Position numbers and translations under genes: made by a program. This document shows positions 9,353-18,775 of a stretch of 64,000 nucleotides of DNA, in pieces. Source of the stretch: Sedimentisphaerales bacterium (GTDB taxonomy: Bacteria; Planctomycetota; Phycisphaerae; Sedimentisphaerales; SM23-30); the NCBI GenBank assembly GCA_016934515.1, contig JAFGSR010000168.1, positions 31,875 to 95,874 of the forward strand, read 5' to 3'. Positions within the stretch are counted from its first letter, which is position 1. The number at the start of each line of letters is the position of its first letter. The notes under the pieces are model-generated. The model saw only the letters and a list, made by a program, of their open reading frames with translations. It had not been told where the DNA came from and made no database searches.

Positions 9353-10849
9353 ATGTCAAACGCTTTAGTACATACTGAGATTGCTGCTCCGCTTGACAGT
9401 ACGCTGTCAAGTAAGGCGGTTTCTCGTCGTGCTCCCCGCCGTCGAATTATTCGGGCGGGGTATGATGCTGCTCAAACGACTGACGATAACTCCCGTCACT
9501 GGGCTAACGCTGATTTACTGAGTGCGGATGCGGCTTTAGTGCCAGCGGTGCGGAGTATTCTCAGGAGCCGGGCAAGGTATGAGGTTGCCAATAACAGTTA
9601 TGCCAGGGGGATTATTAATACGCTGTCTAATGACACAATCGGGACCGGGCCGAGATTGCAATTGCTTACACCTGCATCAAAGGCCGCTAATAATACCAAC
9701 AAAAATATCGAAGCGGTCTTTGCGGCGTGGGCCAAAGAGATACGCTTGGCACAGAAGTTGCGAACTATGCGGGTGTCGAAGGCTGTGGACGGTGAAGCCT
9801 TTGGCATGTTGGTCAGTAATAAAAATCTAAAGTCGCCGGTCAAGTTGGATTTAGTTTTAGTTGAGGCTGACCGGGTAACAACGCCATGGAAAAAAGGGCT
9901 GGTGCAAACACAAAAGCCGGTGGTCGATGGTATTGAATATGATCGGTACGGCAACCCGAAAACGTATTATGTTTTGGATGTCCATCCCGGTAACGCCGGT
10001 GTGGGATTTCATAGCAGTGGCGGGGTGTTCAATAAATACACAGAAGTTCCGGCGAGTAGCATGATTCACTGGTTCAGAGTGGATCGACCGGGGCAACATC
10101 GTGGCGTGCCTGAGATTACTTCGGCCTTACCGTTGTTTGCTCAATTACGGCGTTACACTTTGGCGGTTATAGCGGCGGCGGAGTCGGCGGCTGATTTTGC
10201 GATGGTGATTTACACTGACACTCCGGCAAACGCTGAGGCGGCTGATGTGGATTCGATGGACACGGTTGAGCTGGAGCGGCGGATGGCAACGACCTTGCCG
10301 GAAGGCTGGAAGTTGGGGCAGACGAAAGCGGAGCAACCGGCAACGACTTATCCAGAATTCAAAAAGGAGTTGTTGAATGAGATAGCCCGCTGTTTAGGGA
10401 TGCCTTACAATATCGCTGCTTGCAATTCGGCGGGGTACAACTATTCGTCTGGGCGGCTGGATCACCAGACGTATTTCAAGGCAACCGGTGTCGAGCGGAA
10501 TGACTGTGAGCTGGTGGTGGTGGATCGAGTGCTTGATGCATGGCTTGATGAGGCAGTGTTGGTTTCTGATTTATTGCCGCTGTCGTGGCGAACTAATCGG
10601 GCGATTTTGCACACGTGGTTTTGGGATGGGTATGAGCATATTGATCCTGCTAAGGAAGCAGTGGCACAAAAGACTCGTTTACTGAATAACACCACTACGC
10701 TTTCGAGAGAGTTTGCTGTGCAGGGTTTGGATTGGGAAGTTGAGTTGGAGCAGAGAGCCAGAGAAGTGAAGATGTTGAAAACTTTGGGCATTACGCCGGA
10801 GCCGACAAAGCCTGAGCCAGAGAAAAAAACAGCGGGAGTCACAAAATGA
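9353..10849 (+). CDS. Phage portal protein, lambda family
   Basis: LRSRARYEVANNSYARG, DGIEYDRYGNP, RPGQHRGVP, YNYSSGRLD, IDPAKEA. Confidence 0.92.
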   Translation: MSNALVHTEIAAPLDSTLSSKAVSRRAPRRRIIRAGYDAAQTTDDNSRHWANADLLSADAALVPAVRSILRSRARYEVANNSYARGIINTLSNDTIGTGPRLQLLTPASKAANNTNKNIEAVFAAWAKEIRLAQKLRTMRVSKAVDGEAFGMLVSNKNLKSPVKLDLVLVEADRVTTPWKKGLVQTQKPVVDGIEYDRYGNPKTYYVLDVHPGNAGVGFHSSGGVFNKYTEVPASSMIHWFRVDRPGQHRGVPEITSALPLFAQLRRYTLAVIAAAESAADFAMVIYTDTPANAEAADVDSMDTVELERRMATTLPEGWKLGQTKAEQPATTYPEFKKELLNEIARCLGMPYNIAACNSAGYNYSSGRLDHQTYFKATGVERNDCELVVVDRVLDAWLDEAVLVSDLLPLSWRTNRAILHTWFWDGYEHIDPAKEAVAQKTRLLNNTTTLSREFAVQGLDWEVELEQRAREVKMLKTLGITPEPTKPEPEKKTAGVTK

Positions 10850-12906
10850 GTGAGCTTAATTATATAGCGGCGAAGGATAACAACGATGCTGAGTTGCAGT
10901 TGAATTCTGTGGTTAATCTGGAGGCTGCTGCTCAGGACGATGAAGGTCAGCCGAAAAATCGACGTTTCGAGATGGATGCTTATGCCGGTGGAGCAATGAA
11001 TGTCGGTTGGGGTGATCCGGTTGTTGTTGATATGGATGGTCTGAAGTTCTCTGCACCGATGCCCGCTCTTTTAGATCACAACAAAGAAGTTACGTCGATT
11101 ATGGGGGTAATTGATGACATCAAGATTGTCAATGGTGTGTTGAAAGCAGCAGGCAATGTTATCGCCAAGAGCCAGAAAGCGAAGCTGGCGGTTGAGTATG
11201 CCGATGCCGGGGTGGAGTTGCAGGCTTCAATAGGAGCGAATGTGATTCGGCGGGAGTTTGTGGAGCCGGGTGAGAGAGTAAGTGTAAACGGTCAGGATTT
11301 TACCGGGCCGATAATTGTAGCTCGTGAAGCTGAATTGAAAGAAGTTAGTATTGTGGTTCTGGGTGCAGATGAAAATACGTCTGTTGTCATGGCCAATAAA
11401 CAGGAGACAAATCCCATGGAATTTGAAAAATGGTTGCAAGCAAAAGGTTACGAAATTGGCAATCTTTCTGAAGAAAAAAAGACGGAGCTGCGTGCTGAGT
11501 ATGATGCCGAGCAGGGTAAGGGCAAGAAGACTGAGCCTGCCAAGAAAACCGAAACGGTTGAGGCTACTGCAACCAAGTCGGATGTTGAGGCAACGGATAA
11601 GTCGGTGCTTGAGCTGCGTGCCAGACATGCGGCGGAGCTGAGCAGAATTACTGCCATTGCCAAGGTGTGCGGTGGTAAGCATCCGGACATCGAGGCCAAA
11701 GCAGTTGCTGAGGGCTGGAGCGAGATCAAGGCGGAGCTGGAGGTTTTGCGTGCCAGCCGTCCTGAAGCTCCGAACATTAATACCCGTGGTCCGAAGCTGG
11801 ACACGAATGTTCTGGAGGCTGCTGCCTGCATGTCTTCGACTCATATTGGTGAGGCTGCTATGGTGAAAGCCTACGGTGAGGAAGCCATGGAGTCCGCTGA
11901 TAAAATTCGTGGTATCGGTGTGCAGGAGTTCCTGCGGTTGTGTGCGCGTATGGAAGGCCGGGAGCTGCCGTCTTGTGTTGGCACGGGTTCCGAGTTTATT
12001 CAGGCGGCTTTTTCGACGGTGAGCCTGCCGGGTTTGATGAGCAATGTTGCTAACAAGTCGCTGCTGGCTGGTTACAACTATGTTGAAAATGCCTGGCGGA
12101 AAATCTGCAAGATTGCTTCGCTCAGCGACTTCAAAACGCATACTCGTTATCGCATGACTGCTGATTTCAAGTTCCTGCCGGTTGGTCCAGATGGTGAGCT
12201 GAAGCACGGGCGTCTGGGTGAGCAGTCCTTCACCAATAAGGCTGACACCAAGGGGATTCTATTCAGCCTGACTCGTCAGATGATTATCAATGATGATCTG
12301 TCGGCGTTTACGGCTATCCCGTTCAATATCGGGATGGGTGCGGCTGAAGCGATTAACGATGCTGTCTGGACTTTGTTGCTGGCAAATACCGGGACGTTCT
12401 TTGGTTCCGATAACAGCAACTATGCTAACGGTGCGGCAACTGCTCTGGGTATTGATGCGTTGACGGCGGCTGAACTGCTGTTCTTGAATCAGACCAAACC
12501 CAACGGTCGGCCTTTGGGTGCTACTCCGAAAATCCTGCTGGTTCCCAACGCCCTGAAGGTAACGGGTGAATTGCTGATGGCTTCTCTAAAAACCAACGCC
12601 ACCACTACGGAGGACACTCCGATTCCGCAAAACAATCCCCATGCCGGTAAGTTCGAGGTGGTCAATTCCTCTTACTTGGCTAACGCTTCGTACACTGGCT
12701 ACAGTGCTTTGGCTTGGTATTTGTTTGCCGATCCGAACGTGCTGCCAGCTCTGGAAGTCGGTTTTCTGAACGGCGTTGACCGTCCGACAGTTGAGCGGGC
12801 TGATGCCGATTTTAATACTCTCGGTATGCAGTTCCGGGGCTTCATTGATTTCGGCGTTGCGTTCCAAGACCCCCGTGGTGCAGTGAAAATGAAGGGTGAG
12901 GCATAA
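10846..12906 (+). CDS. Prohead protease-scaffold-major capsid fusion (Mu gpT-like capsid)
   Basis: N-terminal LLDH...QASIGA...LKEVSIVVLGAD protease; C-terminal LTRQMIINDDL, WYLFADP, DFGVAFQDPRG. Confidence 0.9.
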   Translation: MSELNYIAAKDNNDAELQLNSVVNLEAAAQDDEGQPKNRRFEMDAYAGGAMNVGWGDPVVVDMDGLKFSAPMPALLDHNKEVTSIMGVIDDIKIVNGVLKAAGNVIAKSQKAKLAVEYADAGVELQASIGANVIRREFVEPGERVSVNGQDFTGPIIVAREAELKEVSIVVLGADENTSVVMANKQETNPMEFEKWLQAKGYEIGNLSEEKKTELRAEYDAEQGKGKKTEPAKKTETVEATATKSDVEATDKSVLELRARHAAELSRITAIAKVCGGKHPDIEAKAVAEGWSEIKAELEVLRASRPEAPNINTRGPKLDTNVLEAAACMSSTHIGEAAMVKAYGEEAMESADKIRGIGVQEFLRLCARMEGRELPSCVGTGSEFIQAAFSTVSLPGLMSNVANKSLLAGYNYVENAWRKICKIASLSDFKTHTRYRMTADFKFLPVGPDGELKHGRLGEQSFTNKADTKGILFSLTRQMIINDDLSAFTAIPFNIGMGAAEAINDAVWTLLLANTGTFFGSDNSNYANGAATALGIDALTAAELLFLNQTKPNGRPLGATPKILLVPNALKVTGELLMASLKTNATTTEDTPIPQNNPHAGKFEVVNSSYLANASYTGYSALAWYLFADPNVLPALEVGFLNGVDRPTVERADADFNTLGMQFRGFIDFGVAFQDPRGAVKMKGEA

Positions 12907-12996
12907 GCCTCGCCTTTTGGTTGAGTTGATTCTGTTGAGTTGCGGTAAGTGAATAAAGTGGACGAAATTTAATATTGAAACTTTAGGAGTAAAATA

Positions 12997-13722
12997 ATGT
13001 CTGATGCAATTTATATTCAAGACGGGTTGGCGATTGATTACACGCCCGGCTCTGCTGTCACCGGGGGCGATGTGATCGTTCAGGGTGATTTGATCGGTGT
13101 AGCCAAGCTGGACATTGCTGCCAATGAGCTGGGTGCTTTGCACATTGCCGGGGTGTTTGACTTTACCAAAAACGCGGGTGCTGCTTTGACTGTCGGGCAG
13201 AAGGTTTACTGGGATGACACCAATAATTATCTCGCTACCGACAACGAGCAGGGTACGCATAAATATCTCGGCGTTGTGGTTGAGGCGGCGGCTTCGGCGG
13301 CGGTGCTTGGTCGTGTTCGCATGGGCCATGCGATTAACGATGTCAACGAGCAGATTGTTATTATCCCGGTCGAAGATTTGGCGGCTAATGCTGACATAGC
13401 CACCCGTGAGATATTTGTGCATCCCAGAGCGGTCACGATAGTGTCGATAGGCATCCTGACTGACGGTGCTCCGGCTGGTGTGGATGATAGTAACACGTCG
13501 GTAATCGCTTTTGCTGACGATGCGGCTAATGCGATTCTGTCCAAAACCTATAACACTGCTACGCAGCCGCCCACTTCTGATTATGAAGACTTAGGCACGG
13601 TGGATGCAACGCATTCGGTTTTGGCCGCTGGTGAGCATGTCACGATGTCGATCACCAACGGCACGACTGCCGACCTGCCTGCGTTCTCGGTTATTATCCG
13701 TTTCATTCCCGCAAACGTGTAA
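12997..13722 (+). CDS. DUF2190-like capsid cement protein with C-terminal extension
   Basis: YIQDGLAIDYTPGSAVTGGDV...GVFDFTK...GQKVYWD. Confidence 0.78.
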   Translation: MSDAIYIQDGLAIDYTPGSAVTGGDVIVQGDLIGVAKLDIAANELGALHIAGVFDFTKNAGAALTVGQKVYWDDTNNYLATDNEQGTHKYLGVVVEAAASAAVLGRVRMGHAINDVNEQIVIIPVEDLAANADIATREIFVHPRAVTIVSIGILTDGAPAGVDDSNTSVIAFADDAANAILSKTYNTATQPPTSDYEDLGTVDATHSVLAAGEHVTMSITNGTTADLPAFSVIIRFIPANV

Positions 13723-13734
13723 GGTCTGGGCAGC

Positions 13735-14109
13735 ATGACTGATTTACTGAAAACAGGTTCCGACTGGTTGGGAAGCATGATGAAAACTCATGCTTCTCAG
13801 TCAGTAGTTTATTGGCGGGATGTGAATTCAGTAACCGTCGATGCAACGTTGGGCCGCACGTTTTATGACGATGTGGACGGTAATGGTTTTGCGGTTAAAT
13901 CACACACTACGGATTTTATTATAGATACCGACGATCTGCTATTAAACAGCGTTAAGATTGAGCCTGAAGTTGGTGACTTGATAAAAGTAACTAGAGCTGA
14001 CCGGGTGGATGTTTTTGAGGTGAGCAGGCTTTCGGATAGTTGTTGGAATTACAGCGACGCTTATGCTCAGTTTTTTCGCATTCACACCCGTTTGATTGAC
14101 ACTGAATAG
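13735..14109 (+). CDS. Putative head-tail joining protein
   Basis: Position; DFII...EPEVGDLI motif. Confidence 0.6.
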   Translation: MTDLLKTGSDWLGSMMKTHASQSVVYWRDVNSVTVDATLGRTFYDDVDGNGFAVKSHTTDFIIDTDDLLLNSVKIEPEVGDLIKVTRADRVDVFEVSRLSDSCWNYSDAYAQFFRIHTRLIDTE

Positions 14110-14120
14110 GATGATTGCTT

Positions 14121-14357
14121 ATGTGTGAGCTTTACGAAAAACATTGTAAGCAGGCTTTTGCAAATATAAGTGAACAGTTGGGCCGGATAGATGAGTCGCT
14201 TCGCGGCAACGGCAAGCCGGGATTAAACGCCAGAGTGGACAGTCTGGAGAAGTCCCGTAACGCTGAAGACAAAAGCCGGTCAAAGTTCTTGTGGATGATT
14301 ACGGGGTCGATTGTGACTATGGCTTCTGGTTATCTCTGGCAGAAATTTATTGGTTAA
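14121..14357 (+). CDS. Small coiled-coil protein with C-terminal TM helix (holin-like candidate)
   Basis: LRGNGKPGLNARVDSLE followed by hydrophobic C-terminus. Confidence 0.55.
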   Translation: MCELYEKHCKQAFANISEQLGRIDESLRGNGKPGLNARVDSLEKSRNAEDKSRSKFLWMITGSIVTMASGYLWQKFIG

Positions 14358-14360
14358 AAA

Positions 14361-14783
14361 ATGGCAAAGTCAATAGACATAGCGGATGCGATTGTTGTGA
14401 CGTTGAACGGTCACGTTTTCAGCCCGATCTTTACTGCGGTCAGAAAGTTAGTGCCGGTTTGGGATATAAAAGACCTGAAGACCTTACGGGTGACGGTTGT
14501 ACCGATTGACGTTGAAAAAGAACGCCAGAGCCGGTCAGCTTTTAAGCGGGAATACAATATCGACATTGGTGTGCAAAAGAAAGTCAGTAACGACGAGTCT
14601 GAGGTTCCGCCGCTAATGACACTGGTTGAAAGTATTGACGATTTTATTTCAGGTGCAGTGTTGGCGGGCGTAACTGATGTTGTTTTTTTCAAGAGCCATG
14701 TGCTCCAGCTTTCGGCGGAGCATCTAATGGAAGACCGGGTTTTTTCCAGTGTTGTGAGATTGACGTACTTACGTATTTCGTAA
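14361..14783 (+). CDS. Putative tail terminator/connector
   Basis: 140 aa in head-tail module; IDIGVQKK. Confidence 0.55.
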   Translation: MAKSIDIADAIVVTLNGHVFSPIFTAVRKLVPVWDIKDLKTLRVTVVPIDVEKERQSRSAFKREYNIDIGVQKKVSNDESEVPPLMTLVESIDDFISGAVLAGVTDVVFFKSHVLQLSAEHLMEDRVFSSVVRLTYLRIS

Positions 14784-14800
14784 AGAGCCGGAGTTGAATT

Positions 14801-15055
14801 ATGAATAATGTTATTGCACGGAAAATTGCCGTTACTGCCAGTTATGCCGCACTTTCGTCTAGTAGTGAGGTGGTGACAGTAACGCTGTCAGCCTTAACGT
14901 CCAACAGCCATGATGTTTATCTTGAGGGCGATACCGGGGACGATGTGCCGTTGATAGCAGGCGAATGGCATACCTTGAAAAGTGTTGACCTGAGCAGAGT
15001 CAAGATCAAGGGGACGGTTGGCGATTATGTGTCGATCATCGGAGGTACATGGTGA
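14801..15055 (+). CDS. Phage hypothetical structural protein
   Basis: 84-aa beta-rich ORF with GGAG RBS, coupled to next gene. Confidence 0.6.
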   Translation: MNNVIARKIAVTASYAALSSSSEVVTVTLSALTSNSHDVYLEGDTGDDVPLIAGEWHTLKSVDLSRVKIKGTVGDYVSIIGGTW

Positions 15056-15690
15056 TGCCGTATTCAGTAAGTTCAAGCAGCGGTGGTACACCGGCGGGTG
15101 AGAATACTCAGTTGCAGTATAATAATTCCGGAGCGTTTGGAGCTTCGGCAAACCTTACGTTTGGGTCTGATATTCTCACGCTGGCGGGTACGCAGAACAT
15201 CACGGGTCAGTTGAACGCTGATAATCTGCGGCTGGACGGCAATACGTTGTCAGTTACCAACGAGAATGGCAATCTTGTTCTTGCTCCAAACGGGACAGGG
15301 ATTGTCAGTTTAACCGGCACGCAGACCATCACGGGGCGGTTGAACGTTGATAATCTTCGCCTGGATGGTAATACGTTGTCGAGTTTGTCTGGTGATTTAT
15401 TGTTGTCAGCAGAGTCGGGCTACATAAAAAGTGTTGATAAGCAGTTGCAGCTTTCTCGTATTGATAGTTCTCCTGTCAAAATTGAGAATAATGGTGAGAG
15501 TGGTGCGTTGATAGATTTTGCCGGGGAATCAAGCAGCAGTACTGAAACGCCAGTTACTACGTATGGAGTTGGAGCAGTTTCAGGGACAGTTTCAGGTCCA
15601 ACCTCCGGTTGTTGGTCATGCGAATACATGTTACAAGTAGAGATCAATTCTTCAACGTGCTTCATACCGGCATACGTCGAAGGTAATTAA
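15049..15690 (+). CDS. Fibre-like protein with internal duplication
   Basis: LAGTQNITGQLNADNLRLDGNTLS and LTGTQTITGRLNVDNLRLDGNTLS; TQLQYNNSGAFGAS. Confidence 0.65.
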   Translation: MVMPYSVSSSSGGTPAGENTQLQYNNSGAFGASANLTFGSDILTLAGTQNITGQLNADNLRLDGNTLSVTNENGNLVLAPNGTGIVSLTGTQTITGRLNVDNLRLDGNTLSSLSGDLLLSAESGYIKSVDKQLQLSRIDSSPVKIENNGESGALIDFAGESSSSTETPVTTYGVGAVSGTVSGPTSGCWSCEYMLQVEINSSTCFIPAYVEGN

Positions 15691-15709
15691 GTAAGGAGAG
15701 AATGTAATA

Positions 15710-16168
15710 ATGCTGTATCTTAAAAATAGCAAAGAAATCGGCGAAGCGTTAGAGGCGACTGGAGTCCTGAAGGATAAGATTCTGGTGGATGTGGGTTGCG
15801 GGTCTGGCGGCCTGATGCAAGCAGTGAAGGACAAGGGTGTTACGGTAAAAGGGATCGAGTTGTATGAGAGTGCGGTGGCGAAGTGTGCCGAGAAAGGTCT
15901 TGATGTAACACATGCCGATGCCGGTCAGGTTGGAGTAAGCCTTCCTGTGGGCGATGTGTATTTGCTCGATGTAAACGACCCGGCATGGATGAGCAACGTT
16001 CTGCTCAAGATACCTGCTGGCACAACAGTAATTTTTGGGCAGTATCGCGTCGGCAGCGAAGCTGCGAAATTTGTTGAGGCTCAGGTTAAACTTCGGCCCA
16101 CCAAAACCACCCGCAAGATACTGGTAATGTCGGACGGCTTGGAAGTTCTAACAATTATCGAGAGGTAG
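15710..16168 (+). CDS. Class I SAM-dependent methyltransferase domain protein
   Basis: Motif I LVDVGCGSGG, GIEL, HADA; AAGGAG RBS. Confidence 0.75.
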   Translation: MLYLKNSKEIGEALEATGVLKDKILVDVGCGSGGLMQAVKDKGVTVKGIELYESAVAKCAEKGLDVTHADAGQVGVSLPVGDVYLLDVNDPAWMSNVLLKIPAGTTVIFGQYRVGSEAAKFVEAQVKLRPTKTTRKILVMSDGLEVLTIIER

Positions 16169-16170
16169 GC

Positions 16171-16464
16171 ATGGACTACAGCGAGCAAAGAAAATATTTG
16201 GCCGATCAATTATCGAATGAAAATCCGGAGGAGCATTTAGTGGCTGCGATTGAGTTGATTGATTGCTTATTGCTGGAGCAAGACAAGAAAACACCTGCTT
16301 CCAATATTACAGCTAAAATGATCGGCGATTCTCTGGATGCTTTATCGACAATGAAGCAAGCGTGTGACAAAGCACAGATGTGTCGGGCTGACCATGGAAT
16401 AATTGATAATTGTGTGGCTTGTCTGAGAAAAGCGATTGATGAGTTAAAGAAATGCTCCGGATAG
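16171..16464 (+). CDS. Phage hypothetical protein
   Basis: 97-aa ORF tightly packed in operon. Confidence 0.6.
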   Translation: MDYSEQRKYLADQLSNENPEEHLVAAIELIDCLLLEQDKKTPASNITAKMIGDSLDALSTMKQACDKAQMCRADHGIIDNCVACLRKAIDELKKCSG

Positions 16465-16976
16465 GCTGTACAAATACTTTTTTCGATAAGCCGAAGGTCA
16501 TTAATGCCGTGGGCCGGGCAACCCGGAAAGTACTGTCGAAGTTTGGTGCTTATGTTCGACGGACGGCAAAGACGAGCATCCGTAAAAGGAAAAAGGTTTC
16601 TGCTCCCGGCCAGCCGCCTGCGAGTCATACGGGCCGTCTGAAAAAGTTAATATTTTTCGCTTACGATCCCATAAAAGCATCTGTAGTGATCGGCCCGGCG
16701 TTGGGCAACATGATTTCGTTTAACGGCAGCGGTAAGCCGGTTCGAGGCACGGTCCCGGAAACTCTGGAGTATGGTGGTCGGATAGGGACGTTAGTTGGAA
16801 AAAGAGTTGATGCCGTATGGTGCAAATGGAGCCGAGTGGATTTAAGAAATAAGCGAAGGTACAAAAAAACAAAAATGATTTTTTCGGATATTAAGGCGAG
16901 GCCGTATATGAACCCGGCCTTTGAAAAAGAAAAACCTAAGTTGCCGCTGATGTGGCAGGATTCGGTAAGGAGTTAA
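16452..16976 (+). CDS. Tail completion/neck protein (HK97 gp10-like)
   Basis: Basic; SAPGQPPASHTGRLK, LEYGG, ARPYMNPAFE. Confidence 0.75.
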   Translation: MLRIGCTNTFFDKPKVINAVGRATRKVLSKFGAYVRRTAKTSIRKRKKVSAPGQPPASHTGRLKKLIFFAYDPIKASVVIGPALGNMISFNGSGKPVRGTVPETLEYGGRIGTLVGKRVDAVWCKWSRVDLRNKRRYKKTKMIFSDIKARPYMNPAFEKEKPKLPLMWQDSVRS

Positions 16977-16979
16977 AAA

Positions 16980-17426
16980 ATGTCTGATAATTTTAAGCTC
17001 GGAATGAATGCGGTGGCGTATTACGGGACAGCGGGTACATACACACCGGCCACGATGACGGCACTCACTAACGTGCGTGATGTAAATCTGAATTTTGAAA
17101 CCGGTGAGGCGGATGTTACCACTCGTGCTAATAGCGGGTGGCGGGCAACGGCGGCGTCGCTGAAGGAATGTACGGCGGAGTTTGAAATGGTCTGGAAGCC
17201 GGGTGATGCCGGGTTCGAGGCACTCAAGGCGGCGTGGCTTGCTTCTTCTGAGATTGCCATGGCGTTTCTGTCGGATGCTTACGATGAAGATAATGCTGAG
17301 GGTCCGACCGGTGACTGGACAATCACTAATTTTAGTCGCAGTGAGCCTCTGGAGGAGGCAATCATCGTGAACGTGACGGCAAAAATCAGCTTGTTTAGTG
17401 CATGGTTCGACAGCGGAGAAAGTTAA
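16980..17426 (+). CDS. Major tail tube protein
   Basis: EADVTTRANSGW...FSRSEPLEE; precedes chaperone and tape measure. Confidence 0.8.
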   Translation: MSDNFKLGMNAVAYYGTAGTYTPATMTALTNVRDVNLNFETGEADVTTRANSGWRATAASLKECTAEFEMVWKPGDAGFEALKAAWLASSEIAMAFLSDAYDEDNAEGPTGDWTITNFSRSEPLEEAIIVNVTAKISLFSAWFDSGES

Positions 17427-17488
17427 TCGGGCTGGTTTGGCTGGTTGAGAAAAATATCAAAAATAGAGAAATGGTATGGTTTGGTTTT

Positions 17489-17974
17489 ATGAAATAGTTT
17501 AAAGACTCAAAAGATAAAGAATGGGAAATATCGCTTACCATTGGCTCGGCCAGGCGGACGCTGGACTTGACCGGCATTAATTTGCTGGAACCTGAGTCCG
17601 GCGATCCGCCGGTGCTTACCCGTCTGGGTACGGACGAAATGATGCTGTGCGATGTGATTTACAGCTTGTGTAAGACGCAGGCGGATGTGAGCGGTATTTC
17701 TGACGAAGATTTCGGCTTGCGGTTGGGCGGCGATGCAATTTTGCACGCTCAGGAGGCGTTTTATGAGGAGCTGATTGATTTTTTCCGGCAGCGGGGGAGG
17801 CCCGACAGGGCGAAGGCCGTGGAAAAACAGAGAAGGTGGATAGTTCTGGCGGTGGACAAAGTGACAACGGTGATCGAAAAGCTGGACCTCGAAGCGGAAG
17901 TGGAGCGGGTGGGAGCGGAGTTGGATCAAGAGCTTGGCGAACTGTGTGGGAGCTTGCCGGAATTGTCGGAGTAA
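17489..17974 (+). pseudogene. Tail assembly chaperone with in-frame amber stop at codon 3
   Basis: ATG AAA TAG TTT AAA GAC reads MK*FKDSKDKEWEISLTIG, in frame with ORF 17567-17974; lies between tube and TMP. Confidence 0.65.
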
Positions 17975-18219
17975 ATCCGAACCCGCTGACCTTGCGGGAA
18001 TTACTGTGGATGGCGGAGGCAAACGCCCGTACCCGTTGGCAGCATACCTCGAACCTTCTGGCAATGATGGCCAACGTCAATGCGACCAAAAAAAGTAAGA
18101 AGTTTAAGCCGAGCGATTTTAATCCGTTTGAGAATAAGAACAGCGATGCTGTTCTTATTACCAAGGACAATATCGGCTTGTTGAAAAGTAAATTTATTGG
18201 CGGGGCAAAAGCCCCCTAA
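17779..18219 (+). CDS. Second tail-chaperone segment (gpT-like), probably reached by -1 frameshift
   Basis: -1 frame is open from T TTT TTC at 17779 to 18219; WELAGIVGVNP..LTLRELLWMAE..PSDFNPF. Confidence 0.55.
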   Translation, partial: FFPAAGEARQGEGRGKTEKVDSSGGGQSDNGDRKAGPRSGSGAGGSGVGSRAWRTVWELAGIVGVNPNPLTLRELLWMAEANARTRWQHTSNLLAMMANVNATKKSKKFKPSDFNPFENKNSDAVLITKDNIGLLKSKFIGGAKAP

Positions 18220-18233
18220 CTGGAGGTATTACT

Positions 18234-18755
18234 ATGGATGTTCTGAGTAAAATTTTGAAGTGGTTGGATCACAATCGGTATCTGGTAATCGCGTTTGCTT
18301 TGGCTGTGGTTGCAATGGCGGGGGTAGTTTCTATGATTGGCTGCGAGTCAGCTACCATGAGCCTGTTCAACTCAGACGATGGTACGCCGACTGCCAAGGT
18401 GGGTCGGGCGGAGTTCAATCGTCAGGTTATCACCGGCGAGAAAAACTTTGCCATTAAACGCATTGAACTTGAGGCTCAGGTTACTGCTTTTAACGAGGAG
18501 GTTGCGGCTTTCAATAAGCAGGCTGAGGCAGGCTCAGAAGACCTTGACCGTCAGGACGAATTCCGACAGGAGATTATGAATACAGTGGCTCTGGTGGCAA
18601 CTCAGGCGGCTGAGGGTACTCTTAATCCTGTGTCCCTGATACCTCTGGGCATCGGGATTTTTGGTGGGTTCATGGGTCTTGGTTTAGCTGGTGATAATCG
18701 TCGCAAGGATGGGGTGATTACTGACCTGAAAGCAAATCCGCCTGCCGTGACGTAA
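18234..18755 (+). CDS. Lipoprotein-like protein with coiled coil and C-terminal TM helix
   Basis: Hydrophobic stretch ending MIG-C; coiled-coil centre; LIPLGIGIFGGFMGLGL; GGAGG RBS. Confidence 0.65.
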   Translation: MDVLSKILKWLDHNRYLVIAFALAVVAMAGVVSMIGCESATMSLFNSDDGTPTAKVGRAEFNRQVITGEKNFAIKRIELEAQVTAFNEEVAAFNKQAEAGSEDLDRQDEFRQEIMNTVALVATQAAEGTLNPVSLIPLGIGIFGGFMGLGLAGDNRRKDGVITDLKANPPAVT

Positions 18756-18775
18756 AAAAAAGAAGGATGTGTTAA

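Noticed and set aside
11227-13422. Long antisense ORFs (326 and 278 aa) opposite capsid/cement genes, and similar ones opposite other long genes
   Set aside because: Shadow frames of well-supported genes with no motifs or RBS
14107-17497. Phage-wide amber (TAG) recoding to explain the chaperone stop
   Set aside because: TAG is used as a normal stop at 14109, 16168 and 16464, and other long genes are uninterrupted in the standard code
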